Origin: Nostoc sp.
GTDB lineage: Bacteria; Cyanobacteriota; Cyanobacteriia; Cyanobacteriales; Nostocaceae
Reading direction: 5' to 3'
DNA: 64,000 nucleotides
Assembly: GCA_036918135.1 (NCBI GenBank)
Contig: JBALDB010000011.1
Location: forward strand, 192,001 to 256,000
Under the pieces are notes generated by a model. The model made no database searches and had not been told where the DNA came from. It saw only the letters and a list, made by a program, of their open reading frames with translations. Below are positions 1 to 8,466 of the stretch, piece by piece. A program made the position numbers and the translations under genes. Positions within the stretch are counted from its first letter, which is position 1; the number at the start of each line of letters is the position of its first letter.

Positions 1-1191
1 GGTAAATTCTAGTCCTTGGGAGCGCAATTCTTCTCGCAGGTCAAGAACATCCTTGAGAGGGTCAGTTGCACTTTCTTCGGTGCTTCCCATGACACAAACG
101 ACTGTATAAACTGGTCTACGCTGGGCTAGGCAATCTTGAAGAATCTTTTTAACTTCAGTGATACTCATCCTGGCATCTTCATCCACAGGAACGTCAATCA
201 AATTTGACGCTCCAATTCCTAGCAAAGCGGCTGCTTTGGGAAATGAGTAGTGCTTGGTGGCTGGTACTAAGAACACAGGTAAAGAGTTGATGTCGCTCAA
301 AAAGCGGCGTGAAAACTCTGCCATTCCCAGGTTTTGTAGTGAATACTTAGATAATACTTTTGTTAGGGTTTCGCTCTTAATCTGATACTCTTGATAAAGA
401 CGAATCGGCAACGCTAGAATGTCATCGCCTTTGAGGTTGAGCATTGACCAAGTGTCTAGTTTAATCAGCGGTTTTGACTCGCCAGTGGGTAGGGAAATTT
501 CGATGTCTTTGGCAGCTGAAAGTAAAGCTTCATTTTGCAAAGCTGCTTGCAAGGCAAGAGGATAGAATTTTAGGTTTCTGGCTGACCAAATCGCTTCAAT
601 GTTAGCAACAGTTCCCCCACAGGTAATATGTCCCCAAGGACGAATAGCCCCTTTTTCGATTTCTGCCTCATTCGGTATGGTATACCCCAGCATCCGGCAA
701 AGGTCATCTCCTACCAATATTTCCAAAAGCGTTGTTGCAGTTGACCCTTCAAAAGCTACATTGTTGGGGTTGTACAGCATTGCTGCAAAGTAGCCAAGGA
801 TAGATGGCATTGTCATATCCCAATTCATGTGTCCTTGATAGCGCATACTAAAGAATGGTACGGACTTCTTCAGAAACGCTAGCAACGAGCGGTAACTTTC
901 CTTAAGAGTATCAATTGCCTCTACATATTCAGGCTGTCGCTTAATTTGTTCGGTGACGTAAGTTGGATCTCCAGGATGAAAGTTTCGCCGCCAAAATGTG
1001 TGGTCACGAATTGCTTCTACAATTAAACTCTCAAGTACATCAGCATTTTCTGCTTTTACTCCTAAAAACCATGCCTCAAGCGAGCGAGTTACCAAACCTT
1101 CAAGTCCGGGCATTTCTCCAAAATTAGAGAGTTTGCCAAGTTGATTATTTTTACCCATACCATTGTTTTGAGATGTAAATTGGCTTGTCAT
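1..1191 (-). CDS. Group II pyridoxal-phosphate-dependent decarboxylase, tyrosine-decarboxylase-like (3' part runs off the window)
   Basis: Not in the ORF track; segments translated by hand from ATG at 1191, in frame with position 1: MTSQFTSQ...AWFLGVKAEN...HTFWRRNFHPGD...SVPFFSMRYQGHMNWD...MLYNPNNVAFEGS...WGHITCGGTVANIEAIWSARN...TKHYSFPKAAALLGIG...VVCVMGSTEESATDPL. These are typical TDC-like motifs. Confidence 0.85.
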   Translation of the reverse strand, partial: MTSQFTSQNNGMGKNNQLGKLSNFGEMPGLEGLVTRSLEAWFLGVKAENADVLESLIVEAIRDHTFWRRNFHPGDPTYVTEQIKRQPEYVEAIDTLKESYRSLLAFLKKSVPFFSMRYQGHMNWDMTMPSILGYFAAMLYNPNNVAFEGSTATTLLEILVGDDLCRMLGYTIPNEAEIEKGAIRPWGHITCGGTVANIEAIWSARNLKFYPLALQAALQNEALLSAAKDIEISLPTGESKPLIKLDTWSMLNLKGDDILALPIRLYQEYQIKSETLTKVLSKYSLQNLGMAEFSRRFLSDINSLPVFLVPATKHYSFPKAAALLGIGASNLIDVPVDEDARMSITEVKKILQDCLAQRRPVYTVVCVMGSTEESATDPLKDVLDLREELRSQGLEFT

Positions 1192-1583
1192 GCTTTAACC
1201 TGTACTAAAGATAATAATTCCGCCACTTTGACGTTCTGCATCGTAATTAGCTGATGAATCGAGTTACTATATAGATGTTTGAGGTTCGCTACTCTCCGCC
1301 TCATGTTTAGTTGGTCGCGCGATCGCTTCGGCAAAAGCTTGATAGACATTGACTGGAATAGTTTATACTCGACAATCCTCACGACAAATTGGATAAGCAA
1401 ATCCTTGTAATGTTATTTGTAATTCATAAAGCCGTTGCTACCATCGTTGTTGTGAATGAGCATCTTCACTACTATTTGTGATCTGACAAGCAACTTGGAA
1501 AGCTTCAGCCATTAGAGTGCGCTGTGCAGCATCAAGCGTTGGTTTCGGTTGTAAGTTAAAGGTAATTATGGTGAAAGTGTGAA

Positions 1584-3242
1584 TTATAAGTTATCGCTTT
1601 GGACAGTGATAGTTGCGTTGGACTTCGCTAGAGGTTCAATTGCTTCGGTGGTGCTGTATTTGAGGTATCGTACAACCTCTTCATAAATTTGGCTGCTGAC
1701 GCGATCGCCCCGACGACCGTTTTCTAGCCTGATATCATCAACAAAGAAATTCAGGTTGAACTGAACGTAAGTTATTGCGTCACTATTCTCGATTCCTTTA
1801 ATTAAAACTTGTGGCTCCTGCCACTTTTGTCGGGGTTCTTTAAACCGTTCTCGTAACCATCGGTTCAGTTCCATTACATAGTCATCTAACCGTGTTTCTT
1901 CACTTTGAGGATTAGAAATTTTTTGGTATAAACGCTGCACTCTCCGCTTTAACAAATTGATTTTGCGTTCCCATTCTTCAGTAATAATGCTGCTATCATT
2001 ATCTAAAAGATGAAAATCCCTAATATAAATGCGATACCAATTTCGGATTAATTCAATCAAACTGTCTTGAGAACGATTTTCTTTAAGTGTAAAAACTGAA
2101 CGATTGCGGTAGATTTCGGGAACAACTTCTAAACCGAGCGCGCTTAAAATTTCTCGATACTCTTGTTGCACATTCTTAATCTCATCCTCGGTCATGCCAC
2201 CTTTTTCAGCAAACTGCAAGGTGACGACAAGTGCCTCAAGTGCAGGTGTAATTTCTTCCAATTTAAAATTCACTTCCTGTTCGGCAAGCAGACGCAATTT
2301 ACCAATCTTTTGTTGGTTTTCTAATCCTTCTAACTGATAGTAGCGGTCAATCTGTGCTAATTTCTGGTCAATGTCGCCTAAAGTATCGGAATGAGCCTGG
2401 ATAACTTCTACCATCACGTACTTTACTTCTTCAACATTCAGCGCGATCGGCAGTTTCATGTCGGTAGAGTAATGATAGTACGAGGTCGGACGGCTGAGAT
2501 TTGTAATGTTTTGACTTTGCAGTGTGCTATTGGGGATATAAATATCACAATGCTTAGATGGTATATACAGTTGAGTTACTCGCACGCCAATTTTTCGCAG
2601 CATAGCAATGGAGCCATTGTCCAGCAGTAACACATCGCCAAACTGAAAGGGAGTATCAATCAGTAATACAACTCCACTAAAAAAGTTAGCTAAAATTCCC
2701 TGAGCTGCAAAGCCAATTACAAAAGTTGCTCCACCCAAAGCCACCCAAATTCCTGTTAGATCCACACCAAAGGATTTCAGTACAAAAACAGTGGTTAGCG
2801 TGAAAACGATGACGGGAACAACTGCTTCTAGCAGGGGCAAAAGCACATCATCCCACATCGATTCAGTTTCTTGGGTATACCCCCGCAGGTAGTAAATGAA
2901 AACCTGAGTAAAGAGTTGAACGAGCCAGTAACTAATGGCAATAATTAAACCAGCTGCCAATAAATTTTCAATACCGTCAATCAGCTTCACGGAGGGCAAC
3001 TGATGGAAGGTATATTTAAGAATGCCTAAAATAAAAACCGCTAAAGCCGGATACCCAGATACATTCAGCGTCACCAGAGCGATATCTCGTTCAAATTTAC
3101 GAAAGATTGAACGCAGAATATAAAATAAAATGATGTAAAGGAGTATTGTACCGGCGATCGTCAGCACTAAGCTACTCAGAAAAAAACTCCAGGTATTGGC
3201 TTGAAATGGTAAAAGTTCTTTGAGCATTGTTTTTAAGTCCAT
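1584..3242 (-). CDS. MscS-family small-conductance mechanosensitive channel with long cyanobacterial C-terminal domain
   Basis: 552 aa with N-terminal TM helices and the MscS signature GFAAQGILANFFSGVVLLIDTPFQFGD...IGVRVT...IPNS. Confidence 0.9.
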   Translation of the reverse strand: MDLKTMLKELLPFQANTWSFFLSSLVLTIAGTILLYIILFYILRSIFRKFERDIALVTLNVSGYPALAVFILGILKYTFHQLPSVKLIDGIENLLAAGLIIAISYWLVQLFTQVFIYYLRGYTQETESMWDDVLLPLLEAVVPVIVFTLTTVFVLKSFGVDLTGIWVALGGATFVIGFAAQGILANFFSGVVLLIDTPFQFGDVLLLDNGSIAMLRKIGVRVTQLYIPSKHCDIYIPNSTLQSQNITNLSRPTSYYHYSTDMKLPIALNVEEVKYVMVEVIQAHSDTLGDIDQKLAQIDRYYQLEGLENQQKIGKLRLLAEQEVNFKLEEITPALEALVVTLQFAEKGGMTEDEIKNVQQEYREILSALGLEVVPEIYRNRSVFTLKENRSQDSLIELIRNWYRIYIRDFHLLDNDSSIITEEWERKINLLKRRVQRLYQKISNPQSEETRLDDYVMELNRWLRERFKEPRQKWQEPQVLIKGIENSDAITYVQFNLNFFVDDIRLENGRRGDRVSSQIYEEVVRYLKYSTTEAIEPLAKSNATITVQSDNL

Positions 3243-3313
3243 TTACCAACGATGTTTGGCAAATACAGCATTGGCTTTGACTATATGCAGTGGTGCAAAA
3301 ATGGGTGTAAACT

Positions 3314-3670
3314 CTACTGAATGTCTACTTTGAGTCCGGGTAGCAGTTTCTCCAAGTTCTTCAAGGATTTGCCTTGCCAAGGCATATTATTTGACCCCAG
3401 CACGACTAACTGAACGCCTTTCTTCTTCCGCACACTCAGCACAAATTTGGACAACATACTAATGCCAGAACTATTTAGAAATCCCAGATTTCTTAGATTC
3501 AAAGTCATCGTATTTGGCCCGGTATCTAACACTTTATTTAAGAGATCGGCAATCGAAGCGTACTCCGCAGGCCCACCTAAACTGAGTTCCCCTTGGAAGT
3601 GAACCGTTGAAGTGTCAGGTTCAACGTGTACTGTGTAGTCCTCGCCTTTAACGTCTTGCATTGCAACCAT
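3314..3670 (-). CDS. Slr1659-superfamily STAS / anti-anti-sigma-like regulator (copy A)
   Basis: 118 aa; LNLRNLGFLNSSGISML is a STAS phosphoacceptor-type motif; PWQGKSL tail. Confidence 0.85.
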   Translation of the reverse strand: MVAMQDVKGEDYTVHVEPDTSTVHFQGELSLGGPAEYASIADLLNKVLDTGPNTMTLNLRNLGFLNSSGISMLSKFVLSVRKKKGVQLVVLGSNNMPWQGKSLKNLEKLLPGLKVDIQ

Positions 3671-3842
3671 GTTAGATTCCCCTGAGCAATAATTGGAACA
3701 TCATTATTAAGAACGAACTCTAGATTGACTTGAAATGGTAAAAGTTTTTTCAGCATTGTTTTTAAGTCCATTTACCAACAATGTATGACAAGGACAGCAT
3801 TAGTTTTGACTGTGTGCAGTGATGAAAAGATGGGTGTAAACC

Positions 3843-4199
3843 TTACTGAATGTCTACTTTGAGTCCAGGTAGCAGTTTCTTCAAGTTATTCAGAGATTTG
3901 CCTTGCCAAGGCATATCATTTGACCCCAGCACGACTAACTGAACGCCTTCTTTCTTCTGCATACTCAGCACAAATTTGTAAAACATACTAATGCCAGAAC
4001 TATTTACAAATTCCAGATTTCTCAAATCTAAAGTCATCGTATTTGGCTTGGTATCTACCACTTTATTTAAGAGAGCGGTAATCGGAGCGTACTCTGGAGG
4101 CCCACTTAAACAAAGTTCCCCTTGGAAGTGAACTGTTGAAGTGTCAGGTTCAACGTGTACGGTGTAGTCCTCGCCTTTAACATCTTGCATTGCAACCAT
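3843..4199 (-). CDS. Slr1659-superfamily STAS / anti-anti-sigma-like regulator (copy B)
   Basis: 118 aa, 99/118 identical to copy A by manual alignment; LDLRNLEFVNSSGISM. Confidence 0.85.
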   Translation of the reverse strand: MVAMQDVKGEDYTVHVEPDTSTVHFQGELCLSGPPEYAPITALLNKVVDTKPNTMTLDLRNLEFVNSSGISMFYKFVLSMQKKEGVQLVVLGSNDMPWQGKSLNNLKKLLPGLKVDIQ

Positions 4200-4248
4200 G
4201 TTGGGTTATCTTGATTAACAATTGGAACATCATTATTAAGAACAAACT

Positions 4249-4836
4249 CTAGATTGGCAAAAGTGCCATTGCCGTGACCGTGGTAATATTCGGCTGTTCT
4301 TGAACCACATCGAACTTCCAGCCTAGTCGTGCAGAGTAGTCATTGATCATGGTTAAAAACCCCAAACCGGATGCTTCACTATTTTCCTCTGCACTTTTTT
4401 CAACTTGCTGGATATAGAGATCGTTGGGATCGGAAACTAGCAGTTCTTGAATAAATGCCTGAAATTTGTCAACACCTGCCGCACTCACGCTATTTGTGGC
4501 AAAAAGGACAGCCGCAATCTGCTCCTCCTCTAAAAAATGAATCCCAAATTTTACCTTAAAGTGAGTGGTTGCATCGTTGAATTTCATGGCGTTTTCCAAC
4601 AGTTCGTTTGCCACAAAAACCACAGCAGCTTGCGTCTCTTTAAGCTGTCGTGCATGAATTGGGTCGTCTTCATCAATTGGCAGAAAGTTGGAGAAATAGT
4701 CAGCAAGAAAGTGAGCTGATAATCGGTTGTTACGCCAGCGCTGTTTAATCGGGCGAGAATCTGGGGTAAATGTGAGTTCGAGTGAGTCGCGATCGGGAGG
4801 AAATTGTTCGATGAAATTGCCAAAAATCTGTGCCAT
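4249..4836 (-). CDS. Slr1658-superfamily (SiaB/DUF6272-like) GHKL ATP-binding protein, putative partner-switching kinase
   Basis: 195 aa; N-box ANELLENAMKF and G-box SGLGFLTM; RWRNNRLSAHFLADY motif; lies between the phosphatase and STAS genes. Confidence 0.8.
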   Translation of the reverse strand: MAQIFGNFIEQFPPDRDSLELTFTPDSRPIKQRWRNNRLSAHFLADYFSNFLPIDEDDPIHARQLKETQAAVVFVANELLENAMKFNDATTHFKVKFGIHFLEEEQIAAVLFATNSVSAAGVDKFQAFIQELLVSDPNDLYIQQVEKSAEENSEASGLGFLTMINDYSARLGWKFDVVQEQPNITTVTAMALLPI

Positions 4837-4910
4837 CGTTTTTCCTGTTCTAGTCGTAATTGAGTTTTGTATTAATGAAGGTTCCTAAATTCAAGTTATG
4901 TCTACGCTTT

Positions 4911-4970
4911 TACCCTTACGGGTTCGCTAGTCGCTACAACGGGGGGAACCCCCGCAACGCGCTAGCTCAC
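4911..4970. repeat. Nostoc small dispersed repeat overlapping the phosphatase stop codon
   Basis: TACCCTTACGGGTTCGCTAGTCGCTACAACGGGGGGAACCCCCGCAACGCGCTAGCTCAC is hairpin-forming; related copies at about 15085-15142 and 35980-36024. Confidence 0.7.
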
Positions 4971-6197
4971 TAAATCAGGCTGTTCAGCTTCTCGCTTCAA
5001 CACGAGCAAGGTAATGTCATCAAACACTTTTTGCTTGCCAATGTGCCGTCTGACATCGGTAATCACAGCATCTTTAATATCCTGTGCTGAGTTGTGCCAG
5101 TTCTGGCTGATTGCTTCACACAGTTGTTCCACACCATATTGTTTCTTGTCGATATCATAGGCTTCTGGAATACCATCGGTGTAAAGAACAACGCCTTCTC
5201 CAGGTTGTAATTCTACTGTTGCATGACTGATAAAATCGGCAATGTCATCATCAAGTCCAATTGGAAAGCCGAGATCCATTGTGTCGATACGTTCAATTTT
5301 TCCATCATTCCTGACAACCAAGGTCTCTTCATGCTGTCCACTGATGCTTAAGTTGCCCTTTGAATAATTCAGTACAGCCAGCGTCAAATTCTTTTCTGAG
5401 TTCATCCTTTGCACATTTTTGTATATAGTGCGGTTAAGGGCATCGAGGAACTTCACCGAGTCATACTCGCGTATTTCTTTGAGAGTCCGCACGGCTGTTT
5501 GGGTCATCACCATCAGAATTCCGCTTTCTAAGCCGTGTCCAGTCACGTCGCCAATACCAAGGGTAGTAACTCCATCAGTGTGTAGTACATCGTAGTAGTC
5601 ACCACCGACTTCATCGGCTGGTTCCATGTATCCAGCAATGTCGAGTCCTTCAATTTCCAATTCTTCCGGTTGGGGCAGAATCATCTGTTGCAACCGTTTA
5701 GTCACCTCTAGTTCAGCACCCATTCGGAGATTTTCTGCTGTAAGTTTTTCATTTAAGAGTTTGATTTCTTGATTTGCTCGTTCTAATTCAGCTGGGCTAG
5801 GAAGTGCTAAGGCTTGGGGAACTAAGGGGATAAGTTGTACGGCTGTAAATACAGATATTATTGCTGTTAGCGCTTTGATTAATCCTGATACCCAATAAGT
5901 TGGAAACCAAAGCGTCCAAATTTCCATGATGTGAGTAGTGCCACAAGCTACGATAAATCCACTAAATAGTAGAAAAATCCAATTAAAAGGCAAATCCTTA
6001 CGCTTGCTAACGAAGTAGAAAAGTGTAACGGGAATAGAGTAATAAGATAGGGCAATGAGTGCGTCAGAGATAACGTGTAGCGAAACTAAACCAGGTTTCC
6101 AAAGATAGCAATGTCCATGAGGAATAAAATAAAATGTCAATAATTCAGAGCCAAGATGCCACATAAAAAATTTCTCTGTACTAATAAAATTCAACAC
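4962..6197 (-). CDS. Ethylene-receptor-type (ETR1-like, 3-TM) sensor domain fused to a SpoIIE/PP2C phosphatase
   Basis: N-terminal PHGHCYLW...SDALIALSYYSIP...FIVACGTTH; C-terminal PP2C motifs VGGDYYD, IGDVTGHG, LYTDGI and DDITL are all intact. Confidence 0.88.
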   Translation of the reverse strand: MLNFISTEKFFMWHLGSELLTFYFIPHGHCYLWKPGLVSLHVISDALIALSYYSIPVTLFYFVSKRKDLPFNWIFLLFSGFIVACGTTHIMEIWTLWFPTYWVSGLIKALTAIISVFTAVQLIPLVPQALALPSPAELERANQEIKLLNEKLTAENLRMGAELEVTKRLQQMILPQPEELEIEGLDIAGYMEPADEVGGDYYDVLHTDGVTTLGIGDVTGHGLESGILMVMTQTAVRTLKEIREYDSVKFLDALNRTIYKNVQRMNSEKNLTLAVLNYSKGNLSISGQHEETLVVRNDGKIERIDTMDLGFPIGLDDDIADFISHATVELQPGEGVVLYTDGIPEAYDIDKKQYGVEQLCEAISQNWHNSAQDIKDAVITDVRRHIGKQKVFDDITLLVLKREAEQPDLVS

Positions 6198-6229
6198 ATT
6201 GAGTTATTTTCTTGAAAAATGCCCAAGCT

Positions 6230-6258
6230 GCGTAGGCGTAGCCCGTCGTAGACATCGC
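6230..6258. mobile_element. 21-nt SDR5-type element inserted in a HIP1 site
   Basis: GCG + TAGGCGTAGCCCGTCGTAGAC (21 nt, 6233-6253) + ATCGC, i.e. a split GCGATCGC. Confidence 0.8.
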
Positions 6259-6261
6259 TGT

Positions 6262-7908
6262 TTAAATCACTAGTATCGCTTCAATAAATCGATTCCAAGT
6301 CAATAGTTGCCCTCCTGTGCGATCGCACAAAAAGGTAATTTCATCTTTTGTCAGTGGTGATTCTCCGACGCTTGCCATTGCGATATTCATTTCATCAAGG
6401 CTAATGAGATTGTCTTCATCAGCATCAATTGGTAAAAAATAAGTGAGAAAATCGTTGTATTCTGCCATCAACTGACGATGACGCAGCATTAACTCACCGA
6501 ATTCTTCAAAGTCGATTGTGTTGCTGCGATCGCTATCCATACTTGTGAATAACAGCGCGATTTCGCTATCTGACAACCCCTTTCCCGCTTGATTTAAATG
6601 ATTGGTTAATTCTTCAATACAAAGATGTCCGCTACCGTCTTGGTCGATGGCATCAAAAATATAGCGTAAGTCTCCTTTAAAGGTAGAAGATGCTTGTTTA
6701 AACAACAGTTGGCGCGGCTTGCTTTGGATGGCAGCTGCAAGATGACGACGAAAGTTAGAAATAATCCGCTTTGCCACTAAAAACCGTTGCCGATGTTCTT
6801 CGGGACTAGCAACTGTATGCAGTGCTACTGGTACGAGCGAGGGTAGCGATCGCCGTAAAATCAAAAAACAGCCAATGGTTACAATTACAAACGGCAGCGC
6901 CAAGACAGGCAATTTTAGCGGCGCAAACAACGTTGCCAAGCCCCAACTCACAAGCGATGCAACAAAGGCACAACCTAGACCAATAGAAATACTGAATAGA
7001 TTTGGCGTGTAGAATACTCCACCAATGGCGATCGCCGTTAGCACAGCATTATAACCCCATAGCCCAGTATACAAATCGTCAGGAGTCACTTGCAGCAACA
7101 AACCTGCAAGTAAATACATTACGCATCCCAGCAAGCCAACAATCGCACTAATTGGGGTGCAGATAGCAATTCCCACAACAACCAAAATTCCTACAACCCA
7201 GCTATTGGAAAAAAACACCTGCCCAACACTGAGCGGTAGCGATTGAGCGAGTTGCAAACTGTTAAATTGACTAGGAGAAACAGGCGGCGGCAACCCTAGA
7301 GCAAAGAAAGTTTGAGGTAGAAATAGCACGAGAATCACAAAACTTAGCAACGCGATGTGAAATGGAATACCAAGCGGCGCTACTCGGAACTGACTAGCAA
7401 ACCAGACTCCTACGGTTTCCATTAATACCGTGGAAACAGAAGCGAATATAATCACTGCGATCGCCCAATTTAGATTCCATGTACCATTGCCAAATAGCCC
7501 TAACGATGCGATCGCCGCTCCGGTGAGTAATCCATTCAGACCAAAAATGCCATTTTGAATCTCATCTCGATTAATCTGGAAAGTTTTCGCAAAGTATTTG
7601 TGCAAAAGAATTGCCGTTAATGTGGCGATCGCAGTTCCCAGCAAGCTCATTGTCCCCAACCAAGGAGCCTGAATGAACATAGCGATTAAAAATAGTAGAC
7701 CGCTCACAGGATTATTCACAAAAATGACCTGACCAATCCCGCGCAGAGTGGCGTTAATAAAATTCAATAATGGTTGATGCATCAAGCGTTGATTTAGTTG
7801 CTGCATCGTGCCTAATGGTAATAAGCTTTTTGAAATCTGTAATTTTGATTCCTCTGAAGACAAAATGTGAGAAATTAACTCATGCAGAGGAGAGGGATCG
7901 GTATTCAT
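6262..7908 (-). CDS. Urea transporter (UT family) fused to a C-terminal EF-hand domain
   Basis: Duplicated UT motifs LRGIGQVIFVNNPVSG / VGQVFF, GIFGLNG / GLWGYNA and LPVLALPF; EF loops DQDGSGHLCIEE, DSDRSNTIDFEE, DADEDNLISLDE. Confidence 0.88.
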   Translation of the reverse strand: MNTDPSPLHELISHILSSEESKLQISKSLLPLGTMQQLNQRLMHQPLLNFINATLRGIGQVIFVNNPVSGLLFLIAMFIQAPWLGTMSLLGTAIATLTAILLHKYFAKTFQINRDEIQNGIFGLNGLLTGAAIASLGLFGNGTWNLNWAIAVIIFASVSTVLMETVGVWFASQFRVAPLGIPFHIALLSFVILVLFLPQTFFALGLPPPVSPSQFNSLQLAQSLPLSVGQVFFSNSWVVGILVVVGIAICTPISAIVGLLGCVMYLLAGLLLQVTPDDLYTGLWGYNAVLTAIAIGGVFYTPNLFSISIGLGCAFVASLVSWGLATLFAPLKLPVLALPFVIVTIGCFLILRRSLPSLVPVALHTVASPEEHRQRFLVAKRIISNFRRHLAAAIQSKPRQLLFKQASSTFKGDLRYIFDAIDQDGSGHLCIEELTNHLNQAGKGLSDSEIALLFTSMDSDRSNTIDFEEFGELMLRHRQLMAEYNDFLTYFLPIDADEDNLISLDEMNIAMASVGESPLTKDEITFLCDRTGGQLLTWNRFIEAILVI

Positions 7909-8466
7909 TTTGTCTACGTTGCCAACAAAAATAGGTCGCTTAGTTCTAAAATTTTCTTCTAAAGCATACGCATTTAAAGTCTGTTAATCCTTTCATAGCA
8001 AAGGTTTGAGCGCTTCATTTTCAGTTATCTCATTAATATTAATTATTATTTCAGTAAGTACTTCAGAAATTACGTGTGTTTACCTTGGGTTTTCTTCGCA
8101 TTCAAGTTTTGCAGTGTCTTTAATTACAGGACTACTATCGATACGATAACTAAATCAACAGTAAATATAGAACGTGCTTACTCATAGTTTTTTCCTTTTT
8201 TTCTTTTGGAGCAAACAGAATAAGCTGATATTTGCAAAAGTTAAGAAGTTTCAATATAAAGGAATAAAAATTGAAGTACTAAATAAGAGTTTTTCAAATA
8301 AACTTTTGCAAATACTTATTGTATTTCATCATTAAAGCACCTTTCCTGAAAATCAAACAATCACATAAATGTCATATATTTTACCTAGCTATAACATTGA
8401 TTGAGATACTATTACACTAACTATTCTTTCTGTCAAGTCATAAAGATCATAATTTTGACTATTTAA

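Larger units (their letters stand above)
3195..4258. repeat. 529-bp tandem duplication covering the STAS gene, its flanks and the first codons of mscS
   Basis: The two STAS ORFs are offset by exactly 529 bp and their intergenic sequences match. ATTGGC occurs at 3195 and 4253, and ATTGAC at the junction (3724). Confidence 0.92.

Noticed and set aside
599..793. 64-aa + strand ORF
   Set aside because: Antisense shadow of the decarboxylase gene.
1188..1400. 70-aa minus-strand ORF whose stop overlaps the decarboxylase ATG (ATGA)
   Set aside because: TTG start, no clear ribosome-binding site and no recognisable motif. The overlap is suggestive but not enough to call it.
3577..3771. 64-aa ORF beginning like MscS (MDLKTMLKKLLPFQ)
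   Set aside because: By-product of the 529-bp duplication; it runs out of frame into the STAS gene.
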